NCBI GenBank assembly: GCA_017550385.1
Contig: JAFZPJ010000053.1
Coordinates: 32,683-96,682 of the forward strand
Reading direction: 5' to 3'
Length of the DNA stretch: 64,000 nucleotides
Origin: Clostridiales bacterium
Lineage (GTDB): Bacteria; Bacillota; Clostridia; Saccharofermentanales; Saccharofermentanaceae
The translations under genes and the position numbers were made by a program. Each line of letters begins with the position of its first letter. Position 1 is the first letter of the stretch. Positions 17,726-27,889 of the stretch are shown piece by piece. The notes under the pieces were generated by a model. That model was not told where the DNA came from. It worked only from the letters and a program-made list of their open reading frames with translations, and made no database searches.

Positions 17726-18790
17726 ATGAAATTAACCAAAGTACTTGGAACAGTTCTTTGCTCAGCTATGCTCCTCGTTTCTTTCGCTGGATGCGCTGCT
17801 GGCGGTTCAGGTAAGGACAAGGTTGGCGTTTCAATGCCTACTAAGGATCTCCAGAGATGGAACCAGGACGGCGACTACATGAAGCAGGAGCTCGAGAAGG
17901 CAGGCTACGAAGTAGATCTTCAGTATGCTGCTAACGACGTAGCTACACAGCTCTCACAGGTTGAGAACATGATCAACTCCGGTTGTAAGGTTCTCGTTAT
18001 CGCTGCTATCGAAGGTTCTTCACTCGGTGAGGCTCTCGACATGGCAGAAGCTAAGAACATCCCTGTAATCGCTTATGACCGTCTCCTCATGGAGTCTGAC
18101 ACAGTTGATTACTATGCAACATTCGACAACTACATGGTTGGTACTATCCAGGGCGAATTCATCAAGGATCAGCTCGACCTTGATAACGCTGACGGTCCGT
18201 TCAACCTTGAGATCACAGGTGGTGACCCTGGTGACAACAACGCTCTGTTCTTCTATCAGGGTGCTATGGACGTTCTTAATCCTTACATCGATTCCGGTAA
18301 GCTCGTAGTAGTTTCCGGCCAGACAGAGTTCTCCGATATCGCTACTGCTTCCTGGAAGACAGAGAACGCTCAGTCCAGAGCTGAGACGATCCTCTCCTCT
18401 TTCTATGCAGACGGCACAAACGTTGACGCTTGGCTCTGCTCCAACGACTCAACAGCTCTCGGCGTAGCTAACGCTCTCGCTGCTAACTACACAGGCGAGT
18501 ATCCGATCATCACAGGTCAGGACTGCGATATCGCAAACGTTAAGAACATGCTCGACGGCAAGCAGTCAATGTCCGTATTCAAGGATACACGTACTCTTGC
18601 AGCTCAGGTTGTTAAGATGGTTGGCCAGATCCTCAGCGGTGAGACAGTTGACGTTAACGATACAGAGACTTATGACAACGGCAAGAAGGTTGTTCCTTCT
18701 TACCTCTGCGAGCCTGTATTCGCTGATGCTAACAACTACGAGAAGATCCTCATCGACTCCGGTTACTATTCAGCATCTGATCTTGCATAA
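17726..18790 (+). CDS. chvE: Multiple monosaccharide ABC transporter substrate-binding lipoprotein
   Basis: Lipobox FAGC; GVSMPTKDLQRWNQDG, YYATFDNY, DPGDNNA, TGQDCD, VFKDTR; highly expressed codon bias. Confidence 0.9.
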   Translation: MKLTKVLGTVLCSAMLLVSFAGCAAGGSGKDKVGVSMPTKDLQRWNQDGDYMKQELEKAGYEVDLQYAANDVATQLSQVENMINSGCKVLVIAAIEGSSLGEALDMAEAKNIPVIAYDRLLMESDTVDYYATFDNYMVGTIQGEFIKDQLDLDNADGPFNLEITGGDPGDNNALFFYQGAMDVLNPYIDSGKLVVVSGQTEFSDIATASWKTENAQSRAETILSSFYADGTNVDAWLCSNDSTALGVANALAANYTGEYPIITGQDCDIANVKNMLDGKQSMSVFKDTRTLAAQVVKMVGQILSGETVDVNDTETYDNGKKVVPSYLCEPVFADANNYEKILIDSGYYSASDLA

Positions 18791-18809
18791 AGCATAATAT
18801 GCAACCCTG

Positions 18810-18840
18810 AACAGGCGGGTGAAAAACCCGCCTGTTTTTT
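18810..18840 (+). terminator. Stem-loop/partial terminator after chvE
   Basis: aacaggcgggt-gaaaa-acccgcctgtttttt. Confidence 0.75.
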
Positions 18841-18885
18841 AGGGGGCTGCTCAAAAGGCAATTGACTTAAGGAAGAGGTATAAGA

Positions 18886-20424
18886 ATGGCAAATGTTTTG
18901 CTTGAAATGAAAAACATAACCAAAACTTTTCCGGGCGTAAAAGCACTCGACAACGTCAACCTCCAGGTTGAAGAAGGAGAGATCCACGCGCTTGTCGGCG
19001 AGAATGGTGCCGGCAAATCAACGCTCATGAACGTATTAAGCGGTATCTACCCGTTTGGTACTTATGAAGGCGACATTATCTATAACGGTCAAGTTTGTGA
19101 ATTTCATAACATCAAAGATTCCGAGAAAAAGGGAATCGTAATCATTCATCAGGAGCTCGCCCTGATCCCCTACATGACAATCGGCGAGAACATGTTCCTC
19201 GGCAACGAACGAGGCAAAAAGTGGAATATTGATTGGAACAAGACGTACTCAGAGGCTGATAAGTATCTTAAGATGGTCGGCCTGTCGGATTCTTCCAAGA
19301 CTCTTATAAAAGATATAGGTACAGGTAAGCAGCAGCTGGTCGAGATAGCTAAGGCTCTTGCAAAGAATGCAAAGCTCCTTATCCTCGACGAGCCTACATC
19401 TTCACTGAACGAGACGGATTCAAGGGCACTCCTTGATCTGATGAAGGAGTTCAAGAAGCAGGGAATGACGATGATCATCATCTCCCACAAATTGAACGAA
19501 GTATCATACGTTGCAGACAAGATCACGATCGTAAGAGACGGTTCCACGATCGAGACTCTGGACTGCAAGACAGACGAGATCTCCGAGGACCGTATCATCA
19601 AGGGCATGGTCAACCGTGACATGACAGACCGTTTCCCGAAGCGTCATGACGTCGAGATCGGCGATACCATGATGGAGGTCAAGGACTGGACGGTCTATCA
19701 TCCGGAATTTGCTGAGAGAAAGGTCGTCGACAATGTCTCGATGTATGTCCGCAAGGGTGAGGTCGTAGGCATCTACGGTCTCATGGGTGCCGGCAGAACG
19801 GAGCTCGCGATGAGCATTTTCGGACGTTCCTACGGTATCGGCATCTCCGGTAAGCTCAAGCTGGGCGGCAAGGAAGTAGTCCTTAAGAGCCCCAAGCAGG
19901 CCATCGAGCACAAGCTCGCGTATGTTACCGAGGACAGAAAGGGCAACGGTCTCGTCCTGTCCAATTCGATCAAGCACAATACGTCCCTCGCTAACCTTGC
20001 AGGTCTTTCCAAGAACATGGTTATCGATAAGGATAAGGAATATGCGGTCGCAGCTGAATATGTCGGCAAGCTCAGGACGAAGACTCCTTCCGTAGAGCAG
20101 CTGGTCGGCAATCTCTCAGGCGGTAACCAGCAGAAGGTCCTCCTCGCGAAGTGGATGTTCGCTAACCCTGACGTTCTCATCCTCGACGAACCTACGAGAG
20201 GTATCGACGTCGGTGCCAAGTATGAGATCTACTGCATCATCAACGATCTCGTTGCAGCAGGCAAATCGGTCATCATGATCTCATCCGAGCTCCCCGAAGT
20301 TATCGGCATGAGCGACAGGATCTACATCATGAACGAAGCCAAGATCGTCGGAGAGATCCCGGCATCCGAAGCTACACAGGAAAACATCATGGCATGTATC
20401 GTTAAGACAGGAAAGGAGGACTAA
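18886..20424 (+). CDS. gguA: Sugar ABC transporter ATP-binding protein (GguA/MmsA)
   Basis: Two ABC domains; [29 protein letters not shown]. Confidence 0.9.
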   Translation: MANVLLEMKNITKTFPGVKALDNVNLQVEEGEIHALVGENGAGKSTLMNVLSGIYPFGTYEGDIIYNGQVCEFHNIKDSEKKGIVIIHQELALIPYMTIGENMFLGNERGKKWNIDWNKTYSEADKYLKMVGLSDSSKTLIKDIGTGKQQLVEIAKALAKNAKLLILDEPTSSLNETDSRALLDLMKEFKKQGMTMIIISHKLNEVSYVADKITIVRDGSTIETLDCKTDEISEDRIIKGMVNRDMTDRFPKRHDVEIGDTMMEVKDWTVYHPEFAERKVVDNVSMYVRKGEVVGIYGLMGAGRTELAMSIFGRSYGIGISGKLKLGGKEVVLKSPKQAIEHKLAYVTEDRKGNGLVLSNSIKHNTSLANLAGLSKNMVIDKDKEYAVAAEYVGKLRTKTPSVEQLVGNLSGGNQQKVLLAKWMFANPDVLILDEPTRGIDVGAKYEIYCIINDLVAAGKSVIMISSELPEVIGMSDRIYIMNEAKIVGEIPASEATQENIMACIVKTGKED

Positions 20425-20426
20425 GC

Positions 20427-21641
20427 ATGACAGGTAATAAAGTATTTGCTTTCTTAAAGAAATACATGATGCTCATAGCCCTCGTTGCTGTAGTCATCTT
20501 CTTTAACACTGCAACAGGCGGAAAGGCGCTTTTTGCACAGAACATTACAAACCTCATCGCACAGAACGCTTACGTATTCGTTCTTGCGACAGGTATGCTC
20601 CTCTGCATCCTGACGGGCGGTAACATCGACCTTGCAGTAGGTTCCGTTGTCTGCTTCGCAGGCGGCGTCGGCGCCATCATGATGGACAAGAGCATCCCGT
20701 GGCCCGTAGCCGTTATCGTAATGCTCGTTATGGGTCTTCTCATCGGTATGTGGCAGGGCTTCTGGATCGCATTCGTAAAGGTTCCGCCTTTCATTGCTAC
20801 CCTCGCCGGAATGCTCGCGTTCAGAGGACTTGCAAACGTCGTAATGGGCGGCTTCGCATACTCTGTAACTGACACAACATATCTCAATATCTTCGGCGGC
20901 GGAGCCGATTGTTATGTCCCTGATTTCTTTGCAGGTATCGGACCTGCCCTCACGGCTTCTGACGGAACCGTTATGAATAAGTTCTGTCTCATCACGGGTG
21001 TCGTTGCAGCTGTCGCGATCGTGATCTATACGATCTTCCACCGCTTCTATCTCAGGAAGAACGGATATAAGATCCAGCCTCTGGCTATCGAGATCGTAAA
21101 GACGATCATCATCTGCGCTGCTATCGTATGGCTCTTCTTCAAGCTTTCATGCTACAAGGGCATCCCTACGGCGCTCATCTGGATCGCTTTCATCCTCGGA
21201 CTGTTTGCTTACATCACAACAAAGACCACTCTCGGACGTAACCTCTATGCGGTCGGCGGCAACGAGAAGGCAACAAGACTTTCCGGTATCAACACCAAGA
21301 TGGTAATGTTCAAGGCTTACACTCTGATGGGACTTCTCGCAGGCTTCGCAGGTGTCCTGAACATCGCACGTTTCGTTGGTGCTCAGCCTACATACGGACA
21401 GGGCTACGAGATGGATGCTATCGCAGCATGCTTCATCGGCGGCGCTTCCGCATACGGCGGTACGGGTTCGATCGGCGGCGTCATCATCGGCGCTCTCATG
21501 ATGGGTGTCATCAACCAGGGCATGGATATCATGGGAACCAGCTCGAACTACAAACTGGTCGTTAAGGGCCTCGTATTGCTGCTCGCAGTCTTCTTCGACG
21601 TGATCATGAAGATGCGTAAGAAGGGAGGGGCAAAAGCATGA
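20427..21641 (+). CDS. gguB: Sugar ABC transporter permease (GguB/MmsB)
   Basis: GGNIDLAVGS, PPFIATLAGML, GRNLYAVGGNEKATRLSGI, YEMDAIAACFIGG. Confidence 0.88.
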   Translation: MTGNKVFAFLKKYMMLIALVAVVIFFNTATGGKALFAQNITNLIAQNAYVFVLATGMLLCILTGGNIDLAVGSVVCFAGGVGAIMMDKSIPWPVAVIVMLVMGLLIGMWQGFWIAFVKVPPFIATLAGMLAFRGLANVVMGGFAYSVTDTTYLNIFGGGADCYVPDFFAGIGPALTASDGTVMNKFCLITGVVAAVAIVIYTIFHRFYLRKNGYKIQPLAIEIVKTIIICAAIVWLFFKLSCYKGIPTALIWIAFILGLFAYITTKTTLGRNLYAVGGNEKATRLSGINTKMVMFKAYTLMGLLAGFAGVLNIARFVGAQPTYGQGYEMDAIAACFIGGASAYGGTGSIGGVIIGALMMGVINQGMDIMGTSSNYKLVVKGLVLLLAVFFDVIMKMRKKGGAKA

Positions 21642-22813
21642 ATAATTTCAGCATAAAGAATGTTCTGAAGAAGAACACGATGATCATCGTAATGTTCGTC
21701 GTCTACATCTTCTTCGTAATAATGACAAACGGAACCATTTTTGATTCTTCACAGTTTACGGCTCTTATTACCCAGAATGCGTATGTATTCGTTCTCGGTG
21801 CCGGCATGCTGATGTGCATGCTCACGGGCGGTAACATCGACCTTTCAGTCGGTTCGTTCGTTTGTCTCGTCGGTGCCATCGCAGGCGTTGTATCCGTAAT
21901 CCATCTGGTAAACACACCTCTGACACTTCTTATCCTCGTCGGTATCGGTGTCCTCTACGGTGTCATCCTCGGTTACCTCATCGCATTCCTGCACATACCT
22001 CCGTGGATCGCTACACTTGCCGGCTACCTCGCATTCCGTGGCGCAGGCACAGAGATCCTCACATCGGTATCTACAACAAGTGCTATCTCGAACTTCCCTG
22101 CGGACTTCCTCGCGATCTTCTCAGGAAGAGTATTCGAGTCACCTGCAGGCACTCTTAACATACCGTGCCTTGTCTTCGGTATCGTCTGCATCGGTCTGGT
22201 TGTAGTACTCAACTTCACATCCAGAGCAGGTAAGGTCAAGAAGGGCTACGAGGCTGAACCGATGGGCTATGTCATCGGCAAGAGCATCCTCGAGGCTGCC
22301 ATCATAGGACTGCTTACATACAAGCTCGCGATGGACGGCGGTATCCCGACGGTCCTCATCTGGGTCGTAGCCATCATGGTCTTCTACAACTTCATCTGCG
22401 AGAAGACAGTCATCGGCCGTCACTTCATGACAGTCGGCGGCAACGCAGAGACAGCAAGACTTTCCGGTATCAACAACAAGATCGTCATGTTCGTGGCTTA
22501 CCTCAACATGTCAGTCCTCACGGTCATTGCTTCGCTCATGGTTACTGCAAGATTCAAGGCAGCTAACTCATTTGCAGGCCAGAACTTCGAGATGGACGCG
22601 ATCTCAGCTTGTATCGTCGGCGGCGTTTCCGCTTACGGCGGCGCAGGTACGGTATTCGGAATGGCAATAGGCGCTACCTTGATCGGTATCATCAACCTCG
22701 GCATGTCACTCATGGGTCTCGACCAGAACTGGCAGAAGGTTGTTAAGGGCGGCGTTCTCCTCGCAGCAGTTGTCTTCGACATCTGGACAAAGAAGAACAG
22801 CGGCAAGAAATAA
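21638..22813 (+). CDS. Second sugar ABC transporter permease (GguB paralog)
   Basis: GGNIDLSVGS, PPWIATLAGYL, VGGNAETARLSGI, FEMDAISACIVGG. Confidence 0.88.
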   Translation: MNNFSIKNVLKKNTMIIVMFVVYIFFVIMTNGTIFDSSQFTALITQNAYVFVLGAGMLMCMLTGGNIDLSVGSFVCLVGAIAGVVSVIHLVNTPLTLLILVGIGVLYGVILGYLIAFLHIPPWIATLAGYLAFRGAGTEILTSVSTTSAISNFPADFLAIFSGRVFESPAGTLNIPCLVFGIVCIGLVVVLNFTSRAGKVKKGYEAEPMGYVIGKSILEAAIIGLLTYKLAMDGGIPTVLIWVVAIMVFYNFICEKTVIGRHFMTVGGNAETARLSGINNKIVMFVAYLNMSVLTVIASLMVTARFKAANSFAGQNFEMDAISACIVGGVSAYGGAGTVFGMAIGATLIGIINLGMSLMGLDQNWQKVVKGGVLLAAVVFDIWTKKNSGKK

Positions 22814-22841
22814 GCTTTTCATAACCACTCCAAAGGTTTTA

Positions 22842-22881
22842 TCGGCCGGGGGAAAGAGATTTCTCCCGGTCGGTTTTTTTG
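22842..22881 (+). terminator. Intrinsic terminator
   Basis: cggccgggggaaa-gaga-tttctcccggtcg followed by a T run. Confidence 0.75.
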
Positions 22882-22948
22882 TTGGCTTTGTTCCCTGTAT
22901 AATGAAGAAGGAAGATGCGGACACGCTTGCAGCAATAAGGAGATACTT

Positions 22949-23260
22949 ATGGCAGAGATAACATTGACAGCGGATAATTTCGAGCAGGAAGCAATCCGGT
23001 CGGAGCTCCCGGTATTGGTCGATTTCTGGGCAACATGGTGCGGTCCGTGCCGTATGGTCGGTCCGGTAGTAGCCGAGATCGCGGAAGAGTACGAAGGCAA
23101 GATCAAGGTCGGCAAAGTCAACGTCGACGAAGAGGAAGAGCTTGCCGAGAGATTCGGAGTACAGAGCATCCCGACGATCATACTCATTAAGGGCGGCGAA
23201 GAAGTCGCCAGGAATGTCGGGTTTGCACCCAAGGCGAAGCTCGTGCAGATGTTTGAGTGA
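22949..23260 (+). CDS. trxA: Thioredoxin
   Basis: VDFWATWCGPC active site. Confidence 0.96.
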   Translation: MAEITLTADNFEQEAIRSELPVLVDFWATWCGPCRMVGPVVAEIAEEYEGKIKVGKVNVDEEEELAERFGVQSIPTIILIKGGEEVARNVGFAPKAKLVQMFE

Positions 23261-23284
23261 TCCCGGGACACAAAACGGAGACTT

Positions 23285-23318
23285 AAGGGGGCTGCCTTTG
23301 ACGGGCAGTCCTTTTTAT
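23285..23318 (+). terminator. Intrinsic terminator
   Basis: aagggggctgcct-ttga-cgggcagtccttttt. Confidence 0.7.
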
Positions 23319-23340
23319 TAGTGAAGTTCGCGCATATATG

Positions 23341-23377
23341 TGGTACAATCTTGCAATCTGCGCAGCGGTTCTGCGCA
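23341..23377 (+). promoter_or_regulatory. thrS extended -10 promoter and 5' hairpin with GGU in its loop
   Basis: TGgTACAAT 23341-23349; hairpin TGCGCA-GCGGTTC-TGCGCA 23359-23377, about 10 nt before the GAGGAGG SD. Confidence 0.55.
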
Positions 23378-23404
23378 TAAAACTCTAGAGGAGGATTTTT
23401 GACA

Positions 23405-25231
23405 ATGGAAAAAGAAGAAGTATTGAAAGTGTACCGCCACTCTCTTGCACACATTCTGGCTAAGGCCGTGATCGAGATCTACGGCAAGGAGACACAGTAC
23501 GCGATCGGTCCTGAGATCGACGACGGATGCTATTATGATTTCGTTCTGCCGAGGACCGTTACCGAAGACGATTTCAAGACAATTGAAGACAAGATGCATG
23601 AGATCATCAAGCGCAGGGAAGAATGGACGCGCAAGGTAATCTCCAAAGACGAGGCACTGGACCTCTTCAAGGACCAGAAGTTCAAGACAGAGCTCATTCA
23701 GGACCTGCCCGCAGATGAGGTCATCTCCATCTACTACACAGGCGACGACTATGTTGATCTCTGCCGCGGACCTCACGTAGATAATTCACAGGAACTCATG
23801 GGCGCTGCGTTCAAGATCAAGAGCGTATCCGGCGCATACTGGAGAGGCGACGAGAAGAGAGACCAGCTCCAGAGAGTATATCTGTTCGCTTTCCCTTCCA
23901 AGGACGAGCTCAAGGCTCATCTTACATGGCTCAAGGAAGCGCAGGAGAGAGACCACAAGAAGATCGGCACACAGCTCGATCTGTTCATGTTCCGCGAGAC
24001 GGCTCCGGGCATGGCTTACTGGCTGCCGAGGGGATGGATCCTCTATCAGGAACTCATGAAGTATTCCAGAGAGCTCCAGCTCAAGCACGGATATCAGGAG
24101 ATCTCCGCACCTCTCATCAACAACAAGAAGCTCTGGCTGATCTCCGGCCACTGGGCACACTATGTAAACAACATGTTCATCGTTCCCGGCGTATCCAAGG
24201 ATACTTCTGCCGAGGATGCCGTAACATCCGACAACACATGCTGCTGCTATTCCATCGAGGCAGAGGACACGATGGCTGCAAAGCCGATGAACTGCCCGAA
24301 TGCGATGATGGAGTACAAGCGCACGATGCACTCCTACAAGGAACTGCCTATCAGATACAGCGAGTATGACGTTCTTCACCGTAAGGAGAAATCCGGTCAG
24401 ATGAACGGTCTGTTCAGAGTTCAGGAGTTCCGTCAGGACGACGACCACACATTCGTTACACCCGATCAGATCAAGGACGAGATCAAGGACGTTATCGCTA
24501 TCGCCGACGAGATCTACAAGACATTCGGCGTTACATACCGCGCAGAGTTCTCCACAAGACCTGACGACTATATGGGCGACATCGAATCGTGGAATTCCGC
24601 AGAGGCTTCACTCAAGGATATCCTTGACGAGAAGTACGGCGAAGGCAACTACGAAGTCAACGAAGGCGACGGCGCATTCTACGGCCCGAAGATCGACCTT
24701 CAGATCAAGGACGCGCTCGGCCGCGAGTGGCAGTGCGGTACGGTCCAGCTCGACTTCCAGCTGCCTCATAACTTCGAGCTCACTTATGCCGATAAGGACG
24801 GCGTTCAGAAGATGCCGATCGTTATCCACAGAGCCATCTTCGGTTCGTTCGAGCGTTTCATCGGAATCATCACAGAGCACTTCAAGGGCGCATTCCCGTT
24901 CTGGCTCAACCCTTATCAGGTTGCAGTCGTTCCGATCAGACCCGAGCATAACGCATATGCAGAGAAGGTCCAGGAAGCTCTCATCAATGCCGGCGTAAGA
25001 GTCGAAGCAGACTACACCGACGTCAACATGAGAGACAAGATCAAGAAGTTCAAGCAGATGAAGGATCCTTATATCCTCGTAGTAGGCGACAAGGAAGCTG
25101 CAGAGAACACAGTCTCCGTCAACTTCAGAGGCTCCAACAAGCAGCAGGCAGGCGTACCTTTGGACAGGTTCATCGAAGTATGCCGCGACCTCAACGCCAA
25201 CCGCACTCTGGAACTCCCTCAGGAATTCTGA
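23405..25231 (+). CDS. thrS: Threonine--tRNA ligase (lacks N-terminal TGS domain)
   Basis: RHSLAH, DLCRGPH, GAYWRGD, RDHKKIG, KPMNCP, GAFYGPKID, IHRAIFGSFERF. Confidence 0.97.
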   Translation: MEKEEVLKVYRHSLAHILAKAVIEIYGKETQYAIGPEIDDGCYYDFVLPRTVTEDDFKTIEDKMHEIIKRREEWTRKVISKDEALDLFKDQKFKTELIQDLPADEVISIYYTGDDYVDLCRGPHVDNSQELMGAAFKIKSVSGAYWRGDEKRDQLQRVYLFAFPSKDELKAHLTWLKEAQERDHKKIGTQLDLFMFRETAPGMAYWLPRGWILYQELMKYSRELQLKHGYQEISAPLINNKKLWLISGHWAHYVNNMFIVPGVSKDTSAEDAVTSDNTCCCYSIEAEDTMAAKPMNCPNAMMEYKRTMHSYKELPIRYSEYDVLHRKEKSGQMNGLFRVQEFRQDDDHTFVTPDQIKDEIKDVIAIADEIYKTFGVTYRAEFSTRPDDYMGDIESWNSAEASLKDILDEKYGEGNYEVNEGDGAFYGPKIDLQIKDALGREWQCGTVQLDFQLPHNFELTYADKDGVQKMPIVIHRAIFGSFERFIGIITEHFKGAFPFWLNPYQVAVVPIRPEHNAYAEKVQEALINAGVRVEADYTDVNMRDKIKKFKQMKDPYILVVGDKEAAENTVSVNFRGSNKQQAGVPLDRFIEVCRDLNANRTLELPQEF

Positions 25232-25255
25232 TCTTCGCGAAAAGAAACATCCAAG

Positions 25256-25285
25256 ATGCCCCGGGTCCGCCCGGGGGTATTTTTA
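25256..25285 (+). terminator. Intrinsic terminator
   Basis: atgccccggg-tccg-cccgggggtattttt. Confidence 0.65.
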
Positions 25286-25409
25286 TGCCCCGGGGACCTG
25301 TTCGCAGCCAAGAGTATGCGGGGCGAACGCATCAAAAATATGTTATAATTTATCTTGGAATTCCGGTAACGGAAAAGGATATGGGATAGGTTAATAGGAG
25401 GGAATAATC

Positions 25410-26720
25410 ATGGGCAGAGGCGGAGGTCATTCCGGCGGCCATCACAGCAGCCACCGTTCAAGCAGCCATTCACATCATTCATCGCACCGTTCCTCAGGCG
25501 GTTACCGTTCAAGCGGCAGGAGTTATCATTCTTCCGGCCGTTACGGCAGATCACACCATTCATCGGGCGGCGCATATTATGACGATGACGGCGTAAGAAG
25601 GAGATCCGGATGCGGATCAGGATGCGGAACGCTGTTCTCGTTCCTTCTGATCTTCGTCATGATCGGAGCCTTCGGCTACATTAAGACGGGAAAGATACCT
25701 TTTATCGATAAGCTCGGCTTCGGCATCACCCGCTCGACCGTGGCAAGAGAGATGCTTCCCGAAGATGATTGCGATCCGATAGATACATGGTATCAGGATG
25801 ACTGGGGAACCTGGATCACGGCAGATTCAAGCGAAGAGAAGGATCTCATCAACGGTCTCGAGTATTTCTATGAGAAGACCGGCGTTCAGCCGTATCTCTG
25901 GATCACCGGCGAAGAGGTCGGAAGCGAGTACCAGTCGGAGGGCAGCCTCGAGGATTGGGCAGAAGACAAGTACGTGGAGCTTTTCGGCGAGGATGAAGGC
26001 CACCTGCTTATCGTGTTCAGGGAGTACCCGGACGAGTCGGGAGACTACATCTGCACGGTAACGCCCGGATATGATGCGGGCACCGTGGTCATGGACGAAG
26101 AGGCAAGAGAGATACTCTTAGACTACATCGATTACTTCTATGAGAAGACGGAGTACAACGAAGGCGAGTTCTTCGAGCAGGCCTTGATCAAAGCGGCAGA
26201 CCGCATCATGACCAAGCAGCTTACGAACCGCGAGATCATCACGATCGTTGTCGTTGTCCTGATCGCGGCTATAGTCATAGTAATAATCGTTAACGTCAGG
26301 AAGAAGCGTAAGATCGCTGTCGCCAAGGAACAGACCAGGCAGAAGGCAGAGGCTGCAAAGCAGGCTCAGGCGGAAGCTGTACAGGCACAGGCCGAGGCGG
26401 AGACAGCCAAGACGGAATTCGCGCATCAGGTCTACAACGACGAGCTCGAGAAGCAGTATGTCGGCGTTGTCTGCCCGAGCTGCGGCGCATCCGGCAACAA
26501 GATCAGGCTCGGAACCGTAGGCTACTGCCAGTTCTGCGGAACTGCTATCAAGGCGGCAGGAGATGAGGGAAGCGTGGCGCAGGCGGCTGATCCCGCTGAA
26601 GCAGCGCAGGCTCAGGCATCGATGCAGGCTCAGGAAGAGTTCCTTGCTGGGCAGGATCTGACGCCTTCAGCCGGCAGCGATTACGCCGGTCAGGACCCGT
26701 CAGATAACGGCGGCATGTAA
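25410..26720 (+). CDS. TPM-like membrane protein with Gly/Ser/His-rich N-terminus and C-terminal zinc ribbon
   Basis: MGRGGGHSGGHHSS..., TM, FYEKTGVQPYL...MDEEAREILLDY domain, second TM, CPSCGA...CQFCG. Confidence 0.7.
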   Translation: MGRGGGHSGGHHSSHRSSSHSHHSSHRSSGGYRSSGRSYHSSGRYGRSHHSSGGAYYDDDGVRRRSGCGSGCGTLFSFLLIFVMIGAFGYIKTGKIPFIDKLGFGITRSTVAREMLPEDDCDPIDTWYQDDWGTWITADSSEEKDLINGLEYFYEKTGVQPYLWITGEEVGSEYQSEGSLEDWAEDKYVELFGEDEGHLLIVFREYPDESGDYICTVTPGYDAGTVVMDEEAREILLDYIDYFYEKTEYNEGEFFEQALIKAADRIMTKQLTNREIITIVVVVLIAAIVIVIIVNVRKKRKIAVAKEQTRQKAEAAKQAQAEAVQAQAEAETAKTEFAHQVYNDELEKQYVGVVCPSCGASGNKIRLGTVGYCQFCGTAIKAAGDEGSVAQAADPAEAAQAQASMQAQEEFLAGQDLTPSAGSDYAGQDPSDNGGM

Positions 26721-26736
26721 AAAAACGCAAACTAAT

Positions 26737-26754
26737 TTGTGCGAAAGTTAGCAA
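26737..26754. promoter_or_regulatory. Possible Rex operator upstream of ldh
   Basis: TTGTGCGAAAGTTAGCAA is an 18-bp imperfect match to TTGTKAA-N4-TTMACAA; ldh is a classic Rex target. Confidence 0.35.
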
Positions 26755-26876
26755 AATATACCTTAATGGCGGGCATTTCTATCTGAAATTTCAGTAATTT
26801 CAATAGAGAGGCCCGCCTTTATAATCAATATCCGTTTTGCTATCATTCAAAATGCATTAACAAGGGGGTTAAGCAT

Positions 26877-27830
26877 ATGTATAAACAAGAAGGCACCAAA
26901 GTCGCTATTATCGGCGCAGGCGCAGTAGGATCCACTACGGCTTTTGCGATCGCCATGCAGCAGATCTGCTCAGAGCTCGTACTCATCGACGTTAACAGGG
27001 ATAAGGCAGAGGGCGAAGCTCTTGATATCAGCCACGGTCTTCCGTTCCTCGGTGACATGTACATCCACGCAGGCGACTATGACTCGGTCAAGGATGCTGA
27101 CTGCATCATCATCACGGCAGGCATTCCTCGTAAAGAAGGCGAGACAAGACTCGATCTTGCAAAGAAGAACATCAAGCTCGCACACACGATCACAGACAGC
27201 ATCATGGAGCACTACAACAAGGGTGTCATCATGGTCATCTCCAATCCTTGTGATCTCGTTACATATAAGGTCCAGGAGTGGTCCGGACTTCCTTCCAACA
27301 AGGTAATCGGTTCCGGTACAAACTTAGACTCCGCCCGCTTCAGAGTCCTCATCTCCAGAAAGCTCGGCGTAGACGTACGTAACGTTCACGGCTACATCAT
27401 GGGCGAGCACGGTGAGACACAGTTCCCCGTATGGAGCCACACTCACGTTGCAGGTATGGACATCGACGAGTATGCAGAAGCAGTAGGCGTACCGTTCGGT
27501 GATGACGTTAAGAATGAGATCGCTCAGGCTACAAAGTCTTCCGGTGCAGAGATCATCAAGCGAAAGGGCGCTACGTTCAACGGAATCGCTATCAGCGCTA
27601 CAACGCTTCTCCGCAGCATCCTTGAGGATGAGCACACAGTAAGGACTGTTGCTGCAAGACTTAACGGCGAGTACGGCATGAGCGGCGTAACGCTCGACGT
27701 ACCTGCACTCATCGGTGCAAACGGTGTCGACAAGATCGTTGACATGAGACTTACACCTGAGGAGTTCGAGCTTCTCAAGAAGTCCGAAGCTAACATGCGT
27801 GAGGCTATCGCTTCCGTCGAGGGTATGTAA
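26877..27830 (+). CDS. ldh: L-lactate dehydrogenase
   Basis: IIGAGAVG, GETRLDL, SNPCD, GTNLDSARFR, MGEHGE, IIKRKGAT. Confidence 0.93.
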   Translation: MYKQEGTKVAIIGAGAVGSTTAFAIAMQQICSELVLIDVNRDKAEGEALDISHGLPFLGDMYIHAGDYDSVKDADCIIITAGIPRKEGETRLDLAKKNIKLAHTITDSIMEHYNKGVIMVISNPCDLVTYKVQEWSGLPSNKVIGSGTNLDSARFRVLISRKLGVDVRNVHGYIMGEHGETQFPVWSHTHVAGMDIDEYAEAVGVPFGDDVKNEIAQATKSSGAEIIKRKGATFNGIAISATTLLRSILEDEHTVRTVAARLNGEYGMSGVTLDVPALIGANGVDKIVDMRLTPEEFELLKKSEANMREAIASVEGM

Positions 27831-27856
27831 TAGTACTCTTAACAAAACCAATACCA

Positions 27857-27885
27857 GGGCGTCCTTCGGGGCGCCCTTTTTGTTT
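27857..27885 (+). terminator. Intrinsic terminator
   Basis: agggcgtcc-ttcg-gggcgcccttttt. Confidence 0.85.
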
Positions 27886-27889
27886 CAAC

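Noticed and set aside
23341-23349. TGGTACAA as a fourth copy of the regulator box
   Set aside because: Lacks GGGTGATA; it is the extended -10 of thrS.
25410-25620. His/Ser/Gly-rich low-complexity N-terminus as a metal-binding or novel repeat
   Set aside because: Gly/Ser-rich tails are common in TPM-like proteins, and nothing further supports it.
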